Shown piece by piece: positions 1 to 9,799 of a stretch of 64,000 nucleotides of DNA. The notes under the pieces were generated by a model that saw nothing but the letters and a program-made list of their open reading frames with translations, was not told the origin of the DNA and made no database searches. The stretch is taken from NCBI GenBank assembly GCA_040218735.1, contig JAVJQW010000008.1, positions 64,001 to 128,000 of the forward strand, read 5' to 3'. Position 1 is the first letter of the stretch. Every line of letters starts with the position of its first letter. A program made the translations under genes and the position numbers. The stretch comes from Deltaproteobacteria bacterium (lineage in GTDB: Bacteria; Myxococcota; Kuafuiibacteriia; Kuafuiibacteriales; Kuafuiibacteriaceae).

Positions 1-1529
1 CGCTTGAACAGCCGCACCCACTCGGACCGCGGCAGACGCGCGTCGGTCGCGAGCTCCGGGTCGAACGCCTTCACCACCACGTGGCGCCCGACGTTCGGGT
101 CCTTCGCGTAGAACGTCACCGCCGTAGCGGAGCGCGCGAGGACCTGCTCGACCCGGTAACGCGCGACGCGTTTGCGATCGGCGAGCTCGAACCCCGCGAC
201 GTCGATCGGCGCGGAGATCGACGGCGACCGCGGCGCCGCCTGCCGCGGCGGCAGATCCCTCGGGGTCGGATCCTCGCGCGTGACCTCCACCCGCGGCGGA
301 GCTTCACGCTGCTCGCGCTGCTCGCGCTTCTTCGCCTCGATCGCCGCGGCGAGCTCGGGCGGCATGCGTTCGTCGATCGTCGTCGCCGTCTCCAGGTCCG
401 GCTGCTCGGCCGGCGCCGGCGCGTGCGGGACGTCCGTCGACCACTCGCCCAGCGCCGCCGGCGGCAACGGCTCGGACACCGGCGTGCCCTCGTCGATCGG
501 GATGTCATCCTCGATGTCCGGCGTCGGCTCCGCGCCCGCGACGCGGGCGATGCCGCTCACCGCGCGAGGCCGCGTCGCGTTCACCGCGCTCTGGGCGCGC
601 GTCGCGGCGCTCAACATGCGCTGCGCGGCGTCGCGCTCCTCCCGGAACGTGGTCTGCATCAGCAGCGATAGGCTCTCCGGGAACGTCGACGCGTCGCCGG
701 CGGCGGTCTCGAGGGCGTCGGCCACGACCATCAGCGAGTCGGGGCGCGCGTCGATGCGTGGCGCCATCATCTCTGCGATGAGGTCGCCGATGCTCGCGTC
801 GACGTCGAGGTTGGTCGAGTTCAGCGGCGGCACGTTGCCGTTCACGATCGCCGTGCGGGTGTCTTCCTCGTTGGCGCGGCGGAAGATGTTGCGCGTCGAG
901 AAGGCCTCGTACAGCAGCGTGCCGAGGCTGAAGAGATCGGAGCGCGGCGTCGGCTCGGCGCCCTTCACCAGCTCCGGCGCCACGTAGGGGAGGCGCGCGA
1001 GTGTCATCTCCACGACGTGCCGCGCGCGCCCGATCGCGAGGCCGAGCAGCTTCACCTGCCCGTCGTAGGTGAGGAAGATGCTGCGCGGCGAGAGCGCGCC
1101 GTGCACCAACATCGCGTTGGCGCCCGCGAACCACGGGTGCTGGTGGGCCGCGTGGAGCGTCGACGCGATCTGCGCCCCGATCCACGCGATGAGCGGGTGG
1201 TGGATGCGCTGGCCGTCGACGCGCGCGCGCTGCACGAGGAGCGAGAGCGGCTGCCCTTCGAGCAGCGGCATCGCGAGGAAGGCCTCCGGTCCGTCGCGAT
1301 CGATCTCGAGGACCCGCACCGCGTTGTCGTGGGTGAACGCCGTCGCGACCGGCGCGCCCGCGATCAGCGCGCGCGAGAACCGCAGGTCCTCGACGAGGTC
1401 CGGGCGGAACACCTTCACCGCGAGGCGTTCGGCGCCGTCGGGCTCCTCGCCCTCGTGGGCGTGGAACACGTCGCCGAGGTGTCCCGACCCCAAACGCGAA
1501 AGCAGAGCATAGCGGCCGATCCTCCGCAC
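1..1529 (-). CDS. Tandem kinase-fold protein (N-terminal pseudokinase plus start of a second kinase-like domain); partial, runs off the left edge
   Basis: Manual translation from GTG at 1529: IGRYALLSRLGSGHLGDVF..LAVKVF..LVHGALSPRSIFLTYDGQVKLLGLA..YVAPE..SDLFSLG, Pro-rich linker, then RYRVEQVL..DPNVGRHVVVKAF; frame stays open to the edge. Confidence 0.8.
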   Translation of the reverse strand, partial: MRRIGRYALLSRLGSGHLGDVFHAHEGEEPDGAERLAVKVFRPDLVEDLRFSRALIAGAPVATAFTHDNAVRVLEIDRDGPEAFLAMPLLEGQPLSLLVQRARVDGQRIHHPLIAWIGAQIASTLHAAHQHPWFAGANAMLVHGALSPRSIFLTYDGQVKLLGLAIGRARHVVEMTLARLPYVAPELVKGAEPTPRSDLFSLGTLLYEAFSTRNIFRRANEEDTRTAIVNGNVPPLNSTNLDVDASIGDLIAEMMAPRIDARPDSLMVVADALETAAGDASTFPESLSLLMQTTFREERDAAQRMLSAATRAQSAVNATRPRAVSGIARVAGAEPTPDIEDDIPIDEGTPVSEPLPPAALGEWSTDVPHAPAPAEQPDLETATTIDERMPPELAAAIEAKKREQREQREAPPRVEVTREDPTPRDLPPRQAAPRSPSISAPIDVAGFELADRKRVARYRVEQVLARSATAVTFYAKDPNVGRHVVVKAFDPELATDARLPRSEWVRLFK

Positions 1530-1581
1530 GGGTTCGAACGAGCCTAGGACGGCTCCGAACCGGTCGCAAGAACGCGCCGAC

Positions 1582-3705
1582 TCAGCGTCTCAGCTTGGCC
1601 TCGACGGTCTCCTGGACCCACGCGTCGATCTGCGCGCCGCGGCGCTGGTACTGGCGACGGGCGGCGCGCGCTTCGCGTTTGTCGACGCACGCCACCGTCT
1701 TGACCGGCGGAAAGGAGGACACGAGCGTCCGGACGCGGGGCGCCGAAGGGTGCGCCGAAGCCCGATCCAGGAACCCGGCGAGGCACGCCTTCGCCTTCGC
1801 CGTGTCGTGCGCGCGGTTGTGGAGCAGACCGAGGTTCAGATAGAGCGACGGATCCGCCCGACGCCCGCTGGCGCCGAACGCGAGGTGATACATCAGCTTG
1901 GCCGTGTCGGCCTGGCGTTCCTTCTCGAAGCGGCGCGCTGTCTGAAAGTACAGCTGGGCGCGCTGGCGGTTCGACGCCTTGGGCGGCGGTGGCGCCACGG
2001 TCTTCTTCGGCGGCGGCTTCACCGCCTTGCTCGGCGGCGGCGTGACGCCCGTGGCGGGCGGCGCCACCGCGGTGCCGGTCGTGTCGGTGGCGTTGGTGCC
2101 GGTCGCGTTCGTCCCCGTGGCGTTGGTGCCGGTCGCGTTGGTATCGGTGGCGTTGGTATCGGTGGCGTTGGTGCCGGTCGCGTTGGTTCCGGCGGCGTTC
2201 CTCCCCGCCGCATTCGTCCCGGCGGTGTTCGTGCCGGTCGCATCCGTCGGGTTCCCCGTCCGGATCGGCTGGCCGTCTGGTCCGACCCGCGCGGCGACGG
2301 TCGGGAGATCGTCCGGCGGCGTCAGCCGCTCCACGGTCGGCGGCTGCGGCCACAGCGTCACCGCCGCCGCGACCACGGCCGCGAGCACGAACCCCGCGAG
2401 CCCCATCCACAGGAGCGGCGACTTCGCCTTGGCCTGCGGCGGGTCCTCTTCGAGCACCGTCGCGCCGGTCTGCTGCGCCGGCACGTCCGCGTGAAACACG
2501 GGCTTCGGCTCCATGAGCCGCGCGGTGTCGTTGGTGAAGTAGCGATCGGCCTCGGTCTCGCCCGCCTGCGTCGCGAACTCGGAAGCGCCGCGCGTCGCGG
2601 CGGTCGCGCCGGGCGGCACGGCCGACGCCGAGGACGCCGACACCGCGGGGCGATCCGTCTCGGTCGGCGGGTCGTCCGGGAAGCGGAGCTTCTGCGCCGT
2701 GTCGATCTTTCCGACGACGCTGCTGATCTCCGACAGCGCGCTCTTGAGCGCGGTGTCCTCTTCGTCGGAGTTCGGGAAGATGTCCTCGAGGAACTCGATC
2801 AGCCGCTGCCGCGGCGACACGACCTGCAGGTGCCCGAGGTACCGGTCCAACGCGACCTGCACCTCGCGCATCGTCTGGTAGCGCTCGTCGATGTCGCGGT
2901 CGAGGCACTTCGCGACGATGCCCGCGATCTCGTCGTCGAGCGACGGGTTGAACTCCCGCACCGACGGGATCGGCGCCTGCGTCAGGCGACGCACGCGCTC
3001 CTTGAGCGTAGGACCGTCGAACGGGTTTCGACACGTCAGCATCTGGAACAGGCAGATGCCGAACGCGAAGATGTCGCTGCGCCGGTCGATGTCGTCGCCG
3101 AGGATCTGTTCGGGCGACATGTACCCGAGCGTCCCCTTGATCGTGCCGGCCGCCGTCTCCGTCGCGCGATTCATCGCGCGCGCGATCCCGAAGTCGATCA
3201 CCTTCACCGACCCCGTGTAGGTGACACGAATGTTCTTCGGCGAGACGTCGCGGTGGACGAGGTTCAGCGGGTTGCCGTCCACCCCCGCCGCATCGTGTGC
3301 GCAGTGCAGACCGGCCGCCGTCTCGATCGCGATCCACACCGCGACCTCCGGCGGCATCAGGCGCGTCAGCTGAATGCAGCGCTTGATGATCTCGCGGACG
3401 TCGACCCCGCGCAGGTACTCGAGGACGAGGTACAGCTCGTTTTCGCGCGAGACGAGGTCGAGCACCTGGCAGATGTTCGGGTGGGAGAGCCGGGCGGCGA
3501 TGTGCGCCTCGTCGATGAACATCAACCGCGACCGCTGGTCGGCGACCAGGTGGGGGAGCGGCCGCTTCACGACGACCTCACGCGAGAAGTTGTTCTCGCC
3601 GCGCATGATCGCCAGATAGATCGCGGCCGTACCGCCGATCTTCAGCGGCTTCACGATGTGGTATTTCCCGAAGACCAGCTCCGGCGGTTGACTGCGAGCT
3701 TCCAT
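1582..3705 (-). CDS. Membrane Ser/Thr protein kinase with a repeat-rich extracytoplasmic stalk and TPR-like C-terminus
   Basis: VVVK, HRDVSPKN, DFGIA, GTLGYMSPE, SDIFAFG motifs; TM helix LLWMGLAGFVLAAVVAAAVTLW. Confidence 0.93.
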   Translation of the reverse strand: MEARSQPPELVFGKYHIVKPLKIGGTAAIYLAIMRGENNFSREVVVKRPLPHLVADQRSRLMFIDEAHIAARLSHPNICQVLDLVSRENELYLVLEYLRGVDVREIIKRCIQLTRLMPPEVAVWIAIETAAGLHCAHDAAGVDGNPLNLVHRDVSPKNIRVTYTGSVKVIDFGIARAMNRATETAAGTIKGTLGYMSPEQILGDDIDRRSDIFAFGICLFQMLTCRNPFDGPTLKERVRRLTQAPIPSVREFNPSLDDEIAGIVAKCLDRDIDERYQTMREVQVALDRYLGHLQVVSPRQRLIEFLEDIFPNSDEEDTALKSALSEISSVVGKIDTAQKLRFPDDPPTETDRPAVSASSASAVPPGATAATRGASEFATQAGETEADRYFTNDTARLMEPKPVFHADVPAQQTGATVLEEDPPQAKAKSPLLWMGLAGFVLAAVVAAAVTLWPQPPTVERLTPPDDLPTVAARVGPDGQPIRTGNPTDATGTNTAGTNAAGRNAAGTNATGTNATDTNATDTNATGTNATGTNATGTNATDTTGTAVAPPATGVTPPPSKAVKPPPKKTVAPPPPKASNRQRAQLYFQTARRFEKERQADTAKLMYHLAFGASGRRADPSLYLNLGLLHNRAHDTAKAKACLAGFLDRASAHPSAPRVRTLVSSFPPVKTVACVDKREARAARRQYQRRGAQIDAWVQETVEAKLRR
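2071..2250 (-). repeat. Imperfect 15-bp tandem repeat encoding (G/D)TNAT pentapeptides
   Basis: Repeated gcgttggtgccggtc-like units; protein reads GTNATGTNATDTNATDTNATGTNATGTNATGTNAT. Confidence 0.9.
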
Positions 3706-3741
3706 CCTCGCCGGCGCCCATCATGCTAAGTTGAAGGCGCT

Positions 3742-4902
3742 TTGTCGAAGGTTCGAGGAGGTGCCCCGCGACCGCCGCCGATGCGCCCGGCCCGAGGCAG
3801 CCCCAAGCCCAAAGGGAAGGGGAGCCCCAAAACCAAGGGAAAGAGCCATGGTAAGGCCCGTTCGGCCCCCGGCCTGACCGAGGAGGAGGCCGAGGAGGCG
3901 GCCGGATTCGAGCGCCGTCACGCCGCCGAGATCGAGGAGGAGGGCCGCCGCCATACCTCTGTGGACGCGGACGCCGAGCTACAGCGCCTCCTCGACGAGG
4001 AGGAGGACGACCGTAAGGTCAAAGGCCTCAACTGGGACGACGAGCGCAAGAAACGGGGCCGCCAGTCGGACCAGGACGACGACGACACCGAGGACGGCGA
4101 GGCCGCCGCCGCCGCCGCCGCCGAGGCGAAGAAGCAGGGCTTCGCGACCGACGGGGGCGCGGGCAAGTACTTCCAGGACATGCCGGAGGACCGGATGGGG
4201 GATCTCTCCCTGACGGATCCCAACGAGATGAAGCGCGCGCTCGGACCGTCGGTGCGGTTCGCGCAGCACGCCATGCTCCTCGCCGAGGAGCGCATGAAGG
4301 CCGGAGAAGACCGCGGCGAGGCCCTGGCGCTCCTCGCGTCGCTGTATACCGGCGTCAGCGACACCGCCTACGCGAACAAGGCCCTCAAGGACTTCGGGCA
4401 CGCGACCGGCATCATCGACCTGTACCCCCTCGAGCTGATGGACCACCTCCTCCAGCACGTCCCGGGGTTCTGCACCAAGGTCCGGCACGGGAGCTTCTTC
4501 GCGCCGGTCGACGGGGAGGAGGCCTCCCAACGGCGCGTCGGCCGCGCGGGGGTGCCGCTCACGCTCCGCTACGACCCGACGCTCCGCGTCCGCGGCTTCG
4601 CCATCAAGGGCGGCGCGCGGCCGGGGTACCTGTTCGAGCCGATCGATCCCCCGGGCTCCTACCAGCTCGTGTTCCTCCAGGCCGGGACCTTCGAGGTGCT
4701 CCTGTCCGCGATCTCCAAGGACGGGTGGCTCCTGATCGAGTCCGTCGAGTTCGTCATCGAGGAGAACACCGAAGAGATCGCCGAGCTCACCGGCATCGAA
4801 CGCGAGCGCGACCACGACCACGACCTCGACCGGCCGGACGAGGAGCGCCCCAAGAAGAAGAAGGACGACGACCTCAAGATCCACTTCCCGAAGCGCATCT
4901 GA
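3742..4902 (+). CDS. Hypothetical protein (charged low-complexity N-terminus, globular C-terminus)
   Basis: 386-aa ORF with strong GC3 codon bias; exact start uncertain (3742 or 3781). Confidence 0.75.
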   Translation: MSKVRGGAPRPPPMRPARGSPKPKGKGSPKTKGKSHGKARSAPGLTEEEAEEAAGFERRHAAEIEEEGRRHTSVDADAELQRLLDEEEDDRKVKGLNWDDERKKRGRQSDQDDDDTEDGEAAAAAAAEAKKQGFATDGGAGKYFQDMPEDRMGDLSLTDPNEMKRALGPSVRFAQHAMLLAEERMKAGEDRGEALALLASLYTGVSDTAYANKALKDFGHATGIIDLYPLELMDHLLQHVPGFCTKVRHGSFFAPVDGEEASQRRVGRAGVPLTLRYDPTLRVRGFAIKGGARPGYLFEPIDPPGSYQLVFLQAGTFEVLLSAISKDGWLLIESVEFVIEENTEEIAELTGIERERDHDHDLDRPDEERPKKKKDDDLKIHFPKRI

Positions 4903-4973
4903 CCGTCTCTGAAAAACGGATCCGACGATCGGGGTATGGTCAGGGGGCCCCGCGGGCGCCCATCCTCGACGCG

Positions 4974-6866
4974 ATGCGGCGGCTGTGGCCCGGTCTCGTC
5001 TTGGCGCTCCTCCCGAGCGCCGCGTTCGCGCAGACGATCTGCGTCGACCCCGGACACGGCGGCGCCGACCCCGGCGCGGTCGGGTGCGGCTACGAGGAAG
5101 AGGACATCGTCATCGACGTGTCGCTACGCCTGCGCACCCTCCTCCAGGGCGCCGGCTTCACGGTGCTGATGACCCGCACCAACGACTCCGCGGTGAGCCT
5201 GTCGGCGCGCTCGAGTATGGCGAACAGCGCGGGCGCTTCGCGGTTCATGAGCATCCACGCGAACTCCGCCGGCGTCGTCGCGACGGGCATCGAGACGTTT
5301 TGCTCCAACAACGCGTCCGCCAACGCGGTCGATCTGCGCGACGAGATCCAGTCGGAGATGATCGCGACGTGGCCGCTCGCGAACCGCGGCGGCAAACGCG
5401 CCAACTTCTCGGTGCTCACGAACACCAACATGCCCGCGACGCTCTCCGAGCTCGGCTTCATCAACAACTGCAACGTGGACGTCTCGTACCTGTCGAACCC
5501 CAACGAACGGCAGCGCGCGGCGCAGGCGCACCTGAACGCCCTCCTCCGTCACCTCGGCCAGAACCCGATGCCGACGACCGGCGTGCTGACGGGCGTCGTG
5601 TTCGAGGACACCGGCGCGGGCCTCGCCGACACCTCGATCCGCATCCCCGGAGCCGCCGTCACCATCCAGGAGACCGGCGCCTCCGACAGCGCCTCGGCGG
5701 ACTCCGGCGCGTGGCGCTTCGACCTCCCGCCCGGCACGTACACCGTGCGCGCCGAGCAGTCCGGCTACGGCGTCACCGCGCGCACCTGCACCGTGCAGAG
5801 CGGCGACACCACGTGGTGCTCCGTCGGCCTGTTCGCAGAAGGGATGGAGCGCGACGGCGGCGTCGTCACGCCGGACGCCGGCCACGCCGACGCCGGTCAC
5901 GTCGACAGTGGTGTGAAGACACCGCGCGACGGCGGCGTCGAAGACAGCGGCGTGCGAATCGGCGTGGGCGGTGAGACGCGTGACGGCGGCGAGCCCGTGA
6001 CCTTGGTGGCGCAGGACGTCGACAGCGGCTGCGGCTGCAGCGCCGCCGAGTCGCGCGGCTTCACGTGGTGGGCCTTGCTCCCGTTCTTGGTGCTGCTGCG
6101 TCGCCGCTCGCTGTGGTTGTTGGTGCTGCTGATCCCCGCGACCGCATCCGCCGAGCCCTCGGTGGGCGACGCGCGGATCGTCGCACGCGGGCGCTACGTC
6201 GCGCCGGTGATCGCGCCGGACGGCGCGCACGTCCTCGTCACGACGGCGGCGCGCGACGGCGTGGTCGTGCTCGGCGTGGACGAACCGATCGAGCGCCGCG
6301 TCGTCGAACAGGCGGGCGCCGGTTATCGCCCGGTGTGGTCCGACGCACGACGCTTCGGCGTACGCAGCGCGGCTCGCCCGTTCTCGGGCGAGCCGCTGAT
6401 GCAGTTCGATCGGCTCGGGGGCTACCACGGTCCGCAGCCGCTCCCGGCGCGCGTCGCGCAGGTCGACGCTCGGGTCCACGTGAACGGTAAACCCATCCAC
6501 GAAGGTGAGCCGTCGTTTGCGCCGGCGCTCTCCCCCGACGGCGCGTTCGTTGCGTACGAGACGCCGACCGGCCTGTTCCTTCATCGCGTCGCGGACGGGC
6601 GTCGCTTCGCGCTGGGGCGCGGCTCGGCGCCGAGCTTCTCCGGCGACGCGAAGGTGCTCGTCTTCGAACGCACCACCGACGACGGCCACACGCTGAAGAC
6701 CTCCGGCCTGTACTTCGTCCGGCTCGGCGAGGCCGCGAAGGTCGAGCGGCTGCTGGACGAGGCGGGCCTGGAACTTTCGCCTTCGCTGTCGCGCGGTGAA
6801 GGCGGCGTGTACCGGCTCGCGTACCAACACGACGACCGCATCGTCGTGCGGACCGTGCGATTCTGA
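4974..6866 (+). CDS. N-acetylmuramoyl-L-alanine amidase (Amidase_3) + carboxypeptidase-regulatory-like domain + internal MYXO-CTERM + TolB/PD40-like domain
   Basis: Signal peptide MRRLWPGLVLALLPSAAFA; DPGHGG..E..SIHAN..ELGFI zinc amidase motifs; LPPGTYTVRAEQSGY; GCGCSAA..WWALLPFLVLLRRR; PALSPDGAFVAY repeats. Confidence 0.88.
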   Translation: MRRLWPGLVLALLPSAAFAQTICVDPGHGGADPGAVGCGYEEEDIVIDVSLRLRTLLQGAGFTVLMTRTNDSAVSLSARSSMANSAGASRFMSIHANSAGVVATGIETFCSNNASANAVDLRDEIQSEMIATWPLANRGGKRANFSVLTNTNMPATLSELGFINNCNVDVSYLSNPNERQRAAQAHLNALLRHLGQNPMPTTGVLTGVVFEDTGAGLADTSIRIPGAAVTIQETGASDSASADSGAWRFDLPPGTYTVRAEQSGYGVTARTCTVQSGDTTWCSVGLFAEGMERDGGVVTPDAGHADAGHVDSGVKTPRDGGVEDSGVRIGVGGETRDGGEPVTLVAQDVDSGCGCSAAESRGFTWWALLPFLVLLRRRSLWLLVLLIPATASAEPSVGDARIVARGRYVAPVIAPDGAHVLVTTAARDGVVVLGVDEPIERRVVEQAGAGYRPVWSDARRFGVRSAARPFSGEPLMQFDRLGGYHGPQPLPARVAQVDARVHVNGKPIHEGEPSFAPALSPDGAFVAYETPTGLFLHRVADGRRFALGRGSAPSFSGDAKVLVFERTTDDGHTLKTSGLYFVRLGEAAKVERLLDEAGLELSPSLSRGEGGVYRLAYQHDDRIVVRTVRF

Positions 6867-6870
6867 TCTC

Positions 6871-8097
6871 ATGACGGTGTACGTGCTCGGCGGCTTCCAG
6901 ACGGACTTCGCCTTCAACTGGAGCAAAAACGACGAGGACCTGTGGGCCATCTTCGGCGCCACCGTGAACGGCGCGTTCGACGCGACGAGAATCGATCCGA
7001 AGGACGTCGACGTCGCGCACGTCGCGAACTTCTCGAGCGAGCTGTTCTGCGGGCAGAACCAGCTCGGCGGGTGGTTCGCTTCCGCGCACCCGGATCTCGC
7101 CGGGACGCCCGCCTCGCGCCACGAAGCCGCGTGTGCGTCGGGGAGCGTCGCGATGCTCGCGGCGTCGGCGGAGATCGAAGCCGGGCGCTACGACCTCGCG
7201 TGTGTGTTGGGCGTCGAGCAGATGCGCAACGTCCCGGGGCAGGAGGCAGCGAAGCACCTCGGCGTCTGCGCGTGGAACGGACGCGAGGGTGAAGGCGCGA
7301 CGTACTTGTGGCCGCACATGTTCAGCCGCCTCGCCGACGTCTACGCGGAGCGCCACGGCCTCGACCGCGAACACCTCGTGCACCTCGCGAAGAAGAACTT
7401 CGCGAACGCGCGCAGGAACGACAACGCCCAGACGCGGCGGTGGTCACTCGACGACGACAGCTTCGGCGTCGACGACCAGGCGAACCCGGTCATCGAAGGG
7501 AACGTGCGCCGCCATGACTGCAGCCAGATCACCGACGGCGGCGCCGCGGTGTTCCTGGCGTCCGAGCGGTACGCGAAGCGCTACGCCGAAACGCGGGGCG
7601 TGCAGCGCCTCGCCAAGCTCGCCGGCTTCGGCCACCGCACCGCGCCGATGCTCCTCGACGACAAACTCGCCGCCTCCGCCGGGCAGCCCTACGTGTTCGG
7701 CGAAGTGAAGCGCACGATCGACGACGCCCTCCGCCGCGCCGCGCTCCCCGACGCCTGGGCCCTCGACGCGGTCGAGTGTCACGACTGCTTCAGCATCAGC
7801 GAGTACATGGCGATCGATCACTTCGGCCTGTGCGACGCCGGCCGGCCGCACCAGGCGATCGAACGCGGCGACGTCGACCCCGGCGGCCGCCTCCCGTTCA
7901 ACCCGAGCGGCGGCCTCATCGGCGGCGGCCACCCGATCGGCGCCACCGGCGTCCGCATGGTCCTCGACGCCTTCCGCCAGGTCACCGACCAGGCCGGCGA
8001 CTACCAGGTCGACGGCGCGAAGCGCGTCGCCACGCTGAACATCGGTGGGAGCACGACCACCAGCGTGAGCTTCGTCGTCGAGCGCGCGACCGCATAG
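6871..8097 (+). CDS. Acetyl-CoA acetyltransferase / thiolase (SCP2-thiolase-like)
   Basis: EAACASG active Cys, ECHDCF, NPSGGLIGGGHPIGATG. Confidence 0.93.
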   Translation: MTVYVLGGFQTDFAFNWSKNDEDLWAIFGATVNGAFDATRIDPKDVDVAHVANFSSELFCGQNQLGGWFASAHPDLAGTPASRHEAACASGSVAMLAASAEIEAGRYDLACVLGVEQMRNVPGQEAAKHLGVCAWNGREGEGATYLWPHMFSRLADVYAERHGLDREHLVHLAKKNFANARRNDNAQTRRWSLDDDSFGVDDQANPVIEGNVRRHDCSQITDGGAAVFLASERYAKRYAETRGVQRLAKLAGFGHRTAPMLLDDKLAASAGQPYVFGEVKRTIDDALRRAALPDAWALDAVECHDCFSISEYMAIDHFGLCDAGRPHQAIERGDVDPGGRLPFNPSGGLIGGGHPIGATGVRMVLDAFRQVTDQAGDYQVDGAKRVATLNIGGSTTTSVSFVVERATA

Positions 8098-8219
8098 TGG
8101 GCCGAGTCATCGCCGCGCCTCAGCCGGCATCGGATCTATCCCCGAGGCGAGATCAATCAACTGCGAACGTGGACTTTATGGGTTTCAATGGGACGGCGAT
8201 GGGTTGGGTCAGGGTTAGG

Positions 8220-9685
8220 CCAAGTACCGTTCACTTGGCGGAAGGGCCTGCGTCGAGCATGCCGTGAGTCCGCGTAAGGCACCCCGAGACAGAGAGCGTC
8301 GCGCCGGGCGCCGCGGAGTGACTCGTCCCTAGGCCGCCATTTCGCCGGCTCGTAAGCGAGGGGGGGGCGCGGAACGCAGTCCGAAGGAGGGTCGCGCTCT
8401 CGAACCCCCTCTGGCATCGCTCTCACGTGCTGCCCTCCGGGCGTGGCCGTGGCGTCGGACGTACTTCACACTGCCCGGGCTGGGTGGAGCTGCGCTCATG
8501 AATCCTTCGCCCGATGAAGGCGCGACCCAACACCTCGTTCGCGGCATGAAGGTTGTGCGCGCGGCACAACAATCGCAGCTCGCCGACCACGCTCTTGGCC
8601 CCCAGCGCCCGCCCGCCGACATGATCGAATTCGAGGTTCGACCGTTCGCTGCATCGCCGCCCGTCCGGGCTCACGTAGGTGCATTGCGCGCCGTCGCGCT
8701 CCACCACCGCGCGGCGCGTTGCCGCTGGGACGTACGCTGCGCCCGCGGGTGCGTCGTCGGCAGGCGTCGATCGTGGACGACTCGTCTTTCCGTTCTTCCT
8801 CCTCTCCAGCTTCTCCACGTAGAGCGCGAGCGCCGCTTCGAAGATCTCCCCGATGTCCGTCCCAGGCGGGGTGAGCTCCTTGGCTCGATCCAAGAGCGCC
8901 TTGGCTTCGGCGCTCCCGTCGAAGCGAAAAGCGAACGTCTCGGCGGTCGCCGCCTCGACACGGTCTTCGCAGCTCTTCGCTCCCGTGAACTCGGTAGCGA
9001 TCAGCATCTCGACCTCGGCCTTGGACTTGTTCCGCGCCTGCTCGACGAGGCTGTGGGCGTTGTCGTCGTTCATGAACTTGGAGAGCTTCGCGACGCCCGT
9101 CATGTGCAGCTCGCCGGTCGCGATCAGCTCGAACACCTCGGGCACCCGCCGCGCCGCGCGCACCACGCCGACGCGCCGGCACGCCTGGTCCTCGGTCAGC
9201 CCGAGCCCCTCGACGCAGAACCGAAACAGCGAGCTGAAGCCGCGCTCCACGTAGAGCTTGCGCCGCTCGATGAACCGGAGCGCCTGGATACCGCTATTCA
9301 GCTCCTCGAAACGCGATTCGGCAGGCCTCGAGGAGGACCGTCTGAGACGTGCGAGGACGCACGCCATGGACCGTCAGCGTCCGGCGAAGAGTCCAAGCTC
9401 GAAAACTTCGAAACGGTCGGCGTTCGTCGAGCAGATGGCCCGGACAGGGCCGACAATTCCGTCAACCCCAAAAGAGAGAAAGAAACTTCTTCCGCAACTC
9501 AACTTGCGCGCCCGCCCATCCCCTCTTGCGAGCCGGCGAACCTCACCGGTCCATCGCAGCCCTCGACCGCCGTCGGCGCATCATCCGACGCTGATTCCAG
9601 TGGTCTCGTGAATGCGTCGAAGGTGGCGTGGGCTACTCGCGTGCGAGGCCGCGAAGATCCATCTGGGGATGGCCGTGCCGCGAGC
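8220..9685 (-). repeat. Copy 1 of a ~1.5-kb HNH-gene repeat element (direct repeat of 18780-20343)
   Basis: Homology starts at ccgttcactt(g/a)gcgga (8227 / 18786) and ends near ccgcgaaga(t/g)ccat..gccgtgc (~9685 / ~20343). Confidence 0.9.
8423..9305 (-). pseudogene. HNH endonuclease (DUF222-like family), 5'-truncated copy
   Basis: Nearly identical to 18973-19935, but the 100 bp (19889-19988) carrying the native start are missing and 9 bp are deleted (RFMAEIERR to RFIERR); an in-frame ATG at 9367 keeps an ORF open. Confidence 0.65.
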
Positions 9686-9744
9686 GCTACATGGGGAGCA
9701 TTCGAGTGCCGCCGACCATCGAGCGGAGCCGACCGCCGTCCTCC

Positions 9745-9799
9745 TCGACTGTGGCAACAGGTGCGACTGCATCGGCGACCACGGCTTGTACGACTTCAC
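9745..9799 (-). mobile_element. Possible remnant of an IS1182-family transposase N-terminus
   Basis: MKSYKPWSPMQSHLLPQS resembles the IS1182 start (MxxFxxYxPxQxxLLPPS); similarity stops right after. Confidence 0.3.

Noticed and set aside
8182-8220. GTTTCAAT.. resembling a CRISPR repeat start, and GTTAGGC resembling an attC/attI core
   Set aside because: Single occurrences; no repeat-spacer periodicity, cas genes, matching RYYYAAC or integrase.
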